IMG/VR virus record: IMGVR_UViG_3300007644_000002
Coordinates: 18,715 to 82,714 of that record
From: a virus
Strand: one strand, 5' to 3'
DNA length: 64,000 nt
The position numbers and the translations under genes were made by a program. Shown piece by piece: positions 48,401-54,790 of this stretch. How positions within the stretch are numbered: the stretch's first letter is position 1; each line of letters opens with the position of its first letter. A model generated the notes under the pieces. That model was not told the DNA's origin. It saw only the letters and a list, made by a program, of their open reading frames with translations, and did not search any database.

Positions 48401-50450
48401 GTGTTCTGGCGTAAGCTGAGTAACGAGTACGAGCAGATGTACGAGTAGATGTACGAGCATAGTTACCAACGAAGTCGCCAGCAAAAGCACGAGCATAGTC
48501 TCCGACAAAATTTCTAGCATAGTCTCCGACAAAATTTCTAGCATAGTTACCGACGAAGTTACCGGCAAAGTTAGTTACACGATTGCGAACATAAGCAGAT
48601 ACGCGAGCTCTTGAGTAAATACCAGCGAAATTAGTTACACGGTCACGAGTATAGTCAGTGATACGAGTTCTTGTGTAATCAGCAGAGTATGCTGAAGTAC
48701 GAGTTCTCGAATAAACACCAGAATAAGTTGAAACACGGTTACGAGCATATGTTCCAGCGTAAGCAGAAACACGATTACGTGAATAAGTACCTGAGAACGT
48801 TGAACCACGAGCACGAGTAAACTCTCCGGTGTAGTTTCCTACAAAACCGCGAGTATAGTTACCGGCAAAGTTACGAGCATATGTTCCGGCGTAAGCAGAA
48901 ACACGTGTACGACCATATGTTCCTGAGAACGATGAAGGACGTGTACGAGTAAACGCACCAGCATACTGGCCAGAGAATGAACGAGAATAGTTACCTACAA
49001 AGTCTCGAGCATATGTGCCTGAGTAAGTAGAAACACGTGTACGAGCATAAACACCAGAATAAGCAGAAGAACGTGTACGAGCATATGTGCCTGCGTAAGC
49101 AGAAACACGGTTACGCGAGTATGTTCCCGCATAAGAACTTACACGGTTACGCGAGTATGTTCCTGAATATGAGGAAACACGAGTACGAGCATATGTGCCT
49201 GCGTAAGTTGATACACGGCCGCGAGTATAGGATGACGGACGAGTACGTGTAAACACACCAGTGAAATTAGTAATACGGTTACGAGCGAATGTAGACACAC
49301 GTGCGCGGGCATAGTAACCAGTAAAGTTACCAACAAATCCCTGTAACCTAACACGAGTGTAGGTTGACTGACGGTTCAATACATATTCGCCAGTAAATGT
49401 ACGAGAGAAGTTAGTTATGCGGTCACGTGAATAAGTTGACTGACGGTCACGAGAGTAATTACCCGTGAAATCTCCAACATATTCTCCAGCGAAGTTGCGG
49501 CTATAGTTGCCAGCAAAGTCACGAGTATAATTGCCGACATAGTTGCCAGCGAAGTCTTGAGTACTAACGCGAGTAGAAACCCTACTAAATGTTGAGTTAC
49601 GGTCACGAGTATAAGAAGAAATACGAGCACGAGTATAAGCACTATTACGTGTTCTAGCATATGAAACTTCTGCGGTATTTCTTTTAGTGTTTAGTGCGGT
49701 ACCTACAGCCTTCCAAGTGCCTGGGGCAGTTGGTACACCTTGTGAAGATGAACGCAATTGATAAGAACCAATGTTGCCTGCGGTTGCGCGTAGTGTTTTA
49801 ATTCTCTGACCAAGAGTGAACTGGATTTGATCATCAGTCATTTCTCGGAAACCAGTGAAGTTACCGCTGACATCATATGATGTTGAAACTGGACGAACCG
49901 CAGCAATTGCGGTCATATTGTTTCTTATATAGATACTGTATTGAGTTTCGGTTCCATCTCCCCTTGTATCCTTGAATACGTTAGGAATAAACTGAATATA
50001 GTCTACGCCAGGCGAAGATGCTGCTAATCTGAAAGTACCTACGTAATCATTTTGAGCAAGATTACTTAGAACTCGATTAGCAAGATTATTCAAATCACCA
50101 TCTACCATTTCGTAGAAGCCGGGATTTGAGGTATCGTAGTATCCTACTGGACGGACAAAGTTCGCACCTACTTCATTCGCGGTTCCACCATTTTGATATA
50201 ACGTAGTAGTGGTAGAACCGGAAGTGATTTGAGAAGCAGGGTGCGTACCCGTTGCTTCATTGAAAAAAGTATCAATAAATGTACCAATACTCATATCACC
50301 GGTCAAAGTAATTTGACCCGTATCACTTGAAGGAGAAGATGCTAGTGCTTGTCCCACCGCATACGCAAGATAGTTCTCTTCCGTAGGAGTGAATTCCTGT
50401 AGGTCACCATTCGAATTTTTAATTTTTAATGGGATGCTCGATGCTGACAC
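45423..50450 (-). CDS. giant Tyr/Arg/Thr/Gly repeat protein with mirror-complementary halves (putative beta-hairpin fibre)
   Basis: 1675 aa ORF; about 263-aa N-terminal domain, then about 1390 aa of 4/8/10/12-residue repeats with an aromatic residue roughly every 4th position; GAGAG RBS and two late promoters upstream. Confidence 0.8.
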   Translation of the reverse strand: MSASSIPLKIKNSNGDLQEFTPTEENYLAYAVGQALASSPSSDTGQITLTGDMSIGTFIDTFFNEATGTHPASQITSGSTTTTLYQNGGTANEVGANFVRPVGYYDTSNPGFYEMVDGDLNNLANRVLSNLAQNDYVGTFRLAASSPGVDYIQFIPNVFKDTRGDGTETQYSIYIRNNMTAIAAVRPVSTSYDVSGNFTGFREMTDDQIQFTLGQRIKTLRATAGNIGSYQLRSSSQGVPTAPGTWKAVGTALNTKRNTAEVSYARTRNSAYTRARISSYTRDRNSTFSRVSTRVSTQDFAGNYVGNYTRDFAGNYSRNFAGEYVGDFTGNYSRDRQSTYSRDRITNFSRTFTGEYVLNRQSTYTRVRLQGFVGNFTGYYARARVSTFARNRITNFTGVFTRTRPSSYTRGRVSTYAGTYARTRVSSYSGTYSRNRVSSYAGTYSRNRVSAYAGTYARTRSSAYSGVYARTRVSTYSGTYARDFVGNYSRSFSGQYAGAFTRTRPSSFSGTYGRTRVSAYAGTYARNFAGNYTRGFVGNYTGEFTRARGSTFSGTYSRNRVSAYAGTYARNRVSTYSGVYSRTRTSAYSADYTRTRITDYTRDRVTNFAGIYSRARVSAYVRNRVTNFAGNFVGNYARNFVGDYARNFVGDYARAFAGDFVGNYARTSTRTSARTRYSAYARTRITNYVGDFTRDSTITSTRTRYSAYARTRITNYIGDFARDRVTNFAGNFVGNYATTFTGDFVGNYATTFTGDFVGNYATTFTGDFVGNYATTFTGDFVGDYARNYVGDYAGDFVGNYARTRITDYTRTRGSAYARTSTRTRYSAYARNAIQTSTRTLAYTRVLYYAGNFVGNYLRPVTYTGNYTRGVTYTGNYTRGVTYTGNYSRPVTYTGNYTRVDTYTRAPSFIGDYVRYSNPYNTMISYMGNYTSTTSYIGNYSRSSAATAAYSRTAGTYARYQGYWQFYTLTVYYTRVTGYFITSYTRTSTATVDYTRTRLVSAAEYYTRTPVYTGNYTRTVDYTRARAATETYTRDRAATLDYTRARAATLDYTRARAANEDYTRDRVTDFTATGYYTRVGYYAGDYIGDYARGYAGDFVGNYARDFVGNYVGDFVGEYARTSTRTSTRTRPSAYSRTRVTPYVGDFTRTRITNYVGDFARTRVTNYVGDFARTRVTNYVGDFARDRVTNFAGNFVGNYATTFTGDFVGNYARGFAGDYAGNYIGNYATTFTGDYVGNYARAFAGDFAGDFVGEYTRTSTRSRVSAYARTRVSAYARTRGSAYTRDRITDFAGDFAGNYARTFAGEYARNYAGNFAGNYVGDFVGNYVGNYARDFSGQYTGVYSRGFAGEYAGTYSRGFSGQYTGVYATSYTGNYSRDFARTRVSAYARTRVSAYAGTYSRNFAGEYTGAYATSYVGNYARDFSRTRVETYSRTRPSSYTGTYSRGFVGEYTGTYSRGFVGEYAGTYSRGFVGEYTGTYSRGFSGQYTGVYSRNFAGEYAGTYARTFAGNYSRDYAGNYTRDFAGDFAGNYARTFAGEYAGAYTTEFVGDFTGNYARTFAGNYIRNRVSAYAGNFIGNYTRGFLGEYTRNSTDTFSRVRVSAYSRLRTSAYSADYTRVRTSSYAGDFTGDYARDFTGNYSRDFAGNYSRAFVGDYVGTTIQSSYSTVEAYTLYVRTA
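45490..49661 (-). repeat. degenerate coding tandem repeats (12/24/30/36-nt units)
   Basis: e.g. YATTFTGDFVGN x4 at about 48110-48255, YSRGFVGEYxGT-type x5 at about 45950-46140, 30-nt units at 47270-47395 and 47760-47890. Confidence 0.9.
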
Positions 50451-50500
50451 AATTATCGCTCTCTTTTTGTTAAGTTGAAATTAATTGCTAATAACACTGT

Positions 50501-50604
50501 TATTTATAAGATTATGAAATGTGTAAACCCACTTATCATCCCATAATTTTAAGACTTTCTCGTATTTATAAGAATTCTTTTGTACGGGTTGATAAGTGGG
50601 TTTA
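50501..50604 (-). promoter_or_regulatory. two late promoters plus a 15-bp inverted repeat
   Basis: TATAAATA at 50501-50508 and 50563-50570; TAAACCCACTTATCA (50524-50538) / TGATAAGTGGGTTTA (50590-50604). Confidence 0.65.
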
Positions 50605-50623
50605 TCTAGATTCGTATAATAAG

Positions 50624-51121
50624 TTAAACTTCTTGAGGCCAAACAACTTTATCTACGGAGTCTACTACGGTTAGGTCTACTGTATCAGTGATATCTCTTA
50701 ACGCTTGACGGTAATCAATGTATTGTTGTCGTTTTTCAGCTGAAAGTGGAGCATCAGGTAGCATAGCCCAATCAGTATGGAAAAGTTTCATATCTCTTTG
50801 AGCGCGAATCTCGCCCTTGATAACTTCTTTGTCCCATGTCCACTTCGCGGGTGTTACACTTCTATCCCAGAATGAATGATAATTAGGTCGACGGTCAACA
50901 GTCAACCATTCGTCCAATTCGTCATCCCATACATGAGTGTTTACAAATTCTTCTAATGCTACACTACCGGCACATTCATAGATACGGTGAATTATATGAC
51001 CATTACGGTCAGTAACACCATCTTCGGGATAAATGCCATTATCTAAATCCGTTCTTTTAATCACTCCATTTTCATCGTGAAGTGCTACTATAGGGCTAAC
51101 CCCTCTTTCATTGTCGCTCAT
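50624..51121 (-). CDS. tail fibre assembly chaperone-like protein
   Basis: C-terminal IRAQRDMKLFHTDWAMLPDAPL...YRQALRDIT...VWP motif. Confidence 0.8.
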   Translation of the reverse strand: MSDNERGVSPIVALHDENGVIKRTDLDNGIYPEDGVTDRNGHIIHRIYECAGSVALEEFVNTHVWDDELDEWLTVDRRPNYHSFWDRSVTPAKWTWDKEVIKGEIRAQRDMKLFHTDWAMLPDAPLSAEKRQQYIDYRQALRDITDTVDLTVVDSVDKVVWPQEV

Positions 51122-51148
51122 GTTATATTTTCTCCAATTTAAATTATG

Positions 51149-51886
51149 TTATTCTACGCCAAGGTGGGTTTTACCCACAACATAGGGGGCGAGGGATTGC
51201 GTATAAGTTCTTCCACTGTAACCACCGATGTATGATACATTATAGGATCCACTACCCGATGAATGCTCATATATGTGACCGACGAAGCTGCTACCCCCGT
51301 AGAAGATTTGAGTGCCGGGCGAGCCTGAGTTGCTGAACAATATAGAGAAGGTTCTTGTATAGCCTGTTACACTAGTAAACTCTAGTTGCGCTGCGCTAAT
51401 CCATTCTTCTGCACTATAAGGAGCAGTTATATAAATACCATGACCAAGCGGATACATGTAAGATTGGTATTTATCAATGTAAACTTCACCTTCATCGGTA
51501 GTTTGAAACATACGACTATCGAAAGAAGTTACATATGCGCCAGTTTTACAGACTAAACCGAAGTTACCCGATTTAGGTAGTGTCGCCATATCTTCTAGTA
51601 CAGCGTAGTTCACTCCCGTAACGCCGGGCGACCCACCGCTATTTACAGGGAAGAAGGAGATTGAAAAAACATCACCATATAACCAAGTTTTAGTGGCGCT
51701 TATCTCGATTTTGCTACCCAAAGGTAGTGTTCCGATGTTAAATAGTACTAACTGTCCCGCCTTAACGGTAAGACCGGTGTTAAATGCTATATACCCTTTA
51801 CTTACAGTAACAGTTCCACGACCAACTTCATTACTATCAAATAGGATATCTTCATCGGGATTCTTTATTTGTAAACCATATGCCAT
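51149..51886 (-). CDS. tail-tip accessory protein
   Basis: MAYGLQIKN....LFDS N-terminus and internal FGL......FDSR repeat, typical of genes following J-like tip proteins. Confidence 0.55.
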   Translation of the reverse strand: MAYGLQIKNPDEDILFDSNEVGRGTVTVSKGYIAFNTGLTVKAGQLVLFNIGTLPLGSKIEISATKTWLYGDVFSISFFPVNSGGSPGVTGVNYAVLEDMATLPKSGNFGLVCKTGAYVTSFDSRMFQTTDEGEVYIDKYQSYMYPLGHGIYITAPYSAEEWISAAQLEFTSVTGYTRTFSILFSNSGSPGTQIFYGGSSFVGHIYEHSSGSGSYNVSYIGGYSGRTYTQSLAPYVVGKTHLGVE

Positions 51887-51897
51887 TATATTATACC

Positions 51898-52182
51898 CTA
51901 TATCTTGTAAGCAAGATAACCGATTGTAGATGCTGCGGATAGATTAGTAATAGTAAAAGTTCCGGCAGATATATTTTTTTCAACAGAGTGAGAGAACTCT
52001 GCATATGGAGCAGTTCCGCATAATGTATACGCATAACGTAAGCCTGGAGCGTCTATAGTTATAGATTCTCCATTATTTAAATACACACTACCTGAAGTAA
52101 TAACACGGACGAACGTGTCCATCTGGTCAGCATCAAATGATAGATAACCGCCTGCGGTATAACATTTTAAACCGTAACTCAT
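51898..52182 (-). CDS. small tail-tip accessory protein
   Basis: MSYGLKCY..GG.LSFD N-terminus, paralogous start to 51149..51886. Confidence 0.55.
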   Translation of the reverse strand: MSYGLKCYTAGGYLSFDADQMDTFVRVITSGSVYLNNGESITIDAPGLRYAYTLCGTAPYAEFSHSVEKNISAGTFTITNLSAASTIGYLAYKI

Positions 52183-52184
52183 CC

Positions 52185-53093
52185 CTACAACTCCATAACA
52201 GGTACCCTACTAGAGTGTAACCTGTTTTCGTTTTTTAATTTTGTTATTTCTTTCGCAAGTTCTTTCATCCAGTTTAAAAAACCTAGACCATTATTCTTTG
52301 CGCTTTCTACTGTGGCAATTCCAGACAATCTTGAATCATACATGTATGTCGGTTTTGTCTCGTCATGAACCACCATAGTCAACTCACCCTTTTCGTGAGC
52401 ATCTTTTAATTCTAAGTATTGGAGAGTATCCTCACCAACCACTAAATTCTTAAACCTATATGGAATAACCTTTCTAGACATAAATGTTATTCGTGTAGCA
52501 ATAGCATCCATACCCATTCCGTATTCTAAGTCCTTGATATATGATTGAAACGCTCGAATCTCCAAATCTGGAGTATCCATCCCATTTCTTAACATCAAGT
52601 CTACTACCATCTCTCCCTTACCTAGTTCACTCCAGTCAGATACTTCGGCGAACTGTCCATATTTAGACGTGAGTTCTTTGGGGTTGAGACTCAATCTACT
52701 GTCATCTAACGCCCTAGCTATGGAATTTTTATCTCCGAATCCTATAGAGAGAGCATTACTTAACGCTAATACGTCAGGTGCGTCATCTCTATTCAACAAC
52801 TCAGTATAACACCTTACACCCCTTCGTGTCAAGTAGTCATCACCATCAACTAATACCGCATAAGGAACTCCGTCTTTTTCGAATATATCTAAAAAACTAT
52901 TCTTTCCAGTTGCGGCAGTACCATCACTCTCTGTTATCATGTGACGGATATTGTTATCTTCGCAGTACGACTTTGCTTGTTCTGAAAACGTACTGTCTAA
53001 CGTATTAATTATTACTGTAGTATTGTCTTTAGGTAACGTATCAAATTGTCTAGCTAAAGAATACAAATTATGACTTGACAAAACATAAAACAT
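52185..53093 (-). CDS. glycosyltransferase GT2-like (paralog of 61105..61986)
   Basis: TESDGTAATGKNSFLDIF, VLVDGDDYL, VGEDTL. Confidence 0.65.
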   Translation of the reverse strand: MFYVLSSHNLYSLARQFDTLPKDNTTVIINTLDSTFSEQAKSYCEDNNIRHMITESDGTAATGKNSFLDIFEKDGVPYAVLVDGDDYLTRRGVRCYTELLNRDDAPDVLALSNALSIGFGDKNSIARALDDSRLSLNPKELTSKYGQFAEVSDWSELGKGEMVVDLMLRNGMDTPDLEIRAFQSYIKDLEYGMGMDAIATRITFMSRKVIPYRFKNLVVGEDTLQYLELKDAHEKGELTMVVHDETKPTYMYDSRLSGIATVESAKNNGLGFLNWMKELAKEITKLKNENRLHSSRVPVMEL

Positions 53094-53133
53094 CGTGTAT
53101 AATCTACTTGTTGTCCAGAGGGATAATATACTA
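53075..53133 (+). promoter_or_regulatory. antisense-oriented sigma70 promoter element (copy 2)
   Basis: TTGACA-17-TATAAT then CTACTTGTTGTCCAGAGGGATAATATACTA, matching 13101-13161. Confidence 0.65.
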
Positions 53134-54558
53134 GCCTAAGAATCCCATTATAACTCTCCTTGTGTTATTACCATCATAGATGCTGATAACGTTATTAGTG
53201 AGTTCCATTCTTTCACCAGTTTGGCTAGTACCTATATCTAGTGATCCTGTAACTTTGGCATTCGATAATAATACTTCATTACCATCAATCGTGAATGGTT
53301 GAACTTCATTGTTATTTGCGTTAACAAATCTGAAAGTGTCAGCAGTAAGTGTGAAGTCAGCAGTTGCGCCATCATTTCCAAACTTAATACCCGCAACTCG
53401 TGGATTAGCTTCTGTTCCCGCAAGAAGGTCTAGTGTCCACAATGCGGTAGTAGTACCAGCACTATCAACAAACGCAGAGAACTCTTGTCTTACTGCGGCA
53501 ATATCAGAATCAATCGCGGCATTTAAGTCTGTTATCAGTTCTGATCGAACCGAAGTCACACGGTCGTCTACTGTCTCAATCTGAGTAACAAGATCACTAG
53601 TTGCTTGAGCAACCGCAGTTGTTGTGATATTACCTTGTAAATCTCTAATGAAAACAGCATTGTCTAGTTGTAGAGTTTTTGCTGAAAGCGATGTAACCTG
53701 ACCACCATTATATGATACAGAAGTCGCGAGAAGTTCTCGTGCGTCAGTCTCCGCATCTATTCTAGCACCAAGATCAGAATCTAATATAATTAAGTCGGTT
53801 TGTAACTCAACGACCTTACCCGCTTCAACAACTAACTTGTCACTGTCCGCATCAAGTCGAGCATATAAATCCTCAAGACCTGCTGCCAATGCTGCTTCAA
53901 TTTGTTCTGGGGTAAACTCAATACCACCGGCAATAAACTGATCCAAAGTTAGACCAATTGAATCCAATCTCGATATAGTGGTAACAATACCATCACTGTT
54001 CACGTCGGTACGTGTTGTTAACTGACTTATACCTGAAGTGTTTAACTGAATTAAGTCGCCAAGGTCACTGTTAGCTAAAAGTAAACTGGATTCCACTGAG
54101 TCGATAGCACCAGCAAGAATATGTATCTCATCACTGTTCGCATTGACTCTTGATATGAGAGTATTGGTGGCATTCGCAATTGCGTCCGCAAGTAGGTCAG
54201 AGTCCACACCATCCAGAACCAAGTTTTCGATGGATGCGTTAGTCTCCGTGATAGCTTGCGATAAACTAGTTATCCCATCACTATTAACATCAACTCGTGA
54301 TGTCAACTGAAGTAGTCCACTTGCGTTCGCTGCGATATCAGAATCCAGATAACTTACATCAACGCTAAGGTCGAACTGGTCTAGATATTCTTGGTTAATG
54401 ACCGATAGAAAGTAATCTGAGTCAAGGATACCATTAACAATAGTAGTGAGCTCATTAACATCAATAGAGCTACTATCTACTAACTGAAAGTTGTCATTAA
54501 TTTTTAAAATCGCAGCGTTAATATTATCTGCTAGATTAATTAACTGTATATTACTCAT
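53131..54558 (-). CDS. coiled-coil fibre with lambda-J/DUF1983-like C-terminal domain
   Basis: Heptad region with about 10 [DN]SD motifs; VAGIKFGNDG..ADFTLTADTFRF, PFTIDG.EV, GERMELTNN.ISIYD.NN.RRVIMG. Confidence 0.65.
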   Translation of the reverse strand: MSNIQLINLADNINAAILKINDNFQLVDSSSIDVNELTTIVNGILDSDYFLSVINQEYLDQFDLSVDVSYLDSDIAANASGLLQLTSRVDVNSDGITSLSQAITETNASIENLVLDGVDSDLLADAIANATNTLISRVNANSDEIHILAGAIDSVESSLLLANSDLGDLIQLNTSGISQLTTRTDVNSDGIVTTISRLDSIGLTLDQFIAGGIEFTPEQIEAALAAGLEDLYARLDADSDKLVVEAGKVVELQTDLIILDSDLGARIDAETDARELLATSVSYNGGQVTSLSAKTLQLDNAVFIRDLQGNITTTAVAQATSDLVTQIETVDDRVTSVRSELITDLNAAIDSDIAAVRQEFSAFVDSAGTTTALWTLDLLAGTEANPRVAGIKFGNDGATADFTLTADTFRFVNANNNEVQPFTIDGNEVLLSNAKVTGSLDIGTSQTGERMELTNNVISIYDGNNTRRVIMGFLG

Positions 54559-54790
54559 TGGTTGCCTTACCCTCTATTAGTCGAAAAAGTAATTCTTTTA
54601 TTTCTGACACATCTTGCTTTAAACCCACAACTTCTTTTGAAAGCGTGTTGATAGTGTCATCCTTTTCTTTTATTACTTTTTGCTGTGCCCTTGCTCTGGT
54701 TATTTCGGTTCTGTTTGTATTTAGGATGGCCCCTGATCGACCATCCTTTACTAAGTTATTATACCCTTCAACCCGCAAACGTTGCGACAT
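54551..54790 (-). CDS. small coiled-coil hypothetical protein
   Basis: VEGYNNLVKD..SGAILN, C-terminal LKQDVSEIKELL heptads. Confidence 0.7.
   Translation of the reverse strand: MSQRLRVEGYNNLVKDGRSGAILNTNRTEITRARAQQKVIKEKDDTINTLSKEVVGLKQDVSEIKELLFRLIEGKATNE

Noticed and set aside
45434-49660. Overlapping short ORFs in other frames within the hairpin gene
   Set aside because: Artefacts of stop-poor repeats
45490-49661. CRISPR array or diversity-generating retroelement template/variable repeats
   Set aside because: Repeats are in-frame, degenerate at third positions and lack unique spacers; no cas or reverse transcriptase gene is in the window
45423-50450. DNA-level inverted repeat or hairpin explaining the mirror symmetry of the giant ORF
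   Set aside because: Reverse complements of the N-arm codon blocks I compared do not match the mirrored C-arm blocks; the symmetry appears only at the protein level
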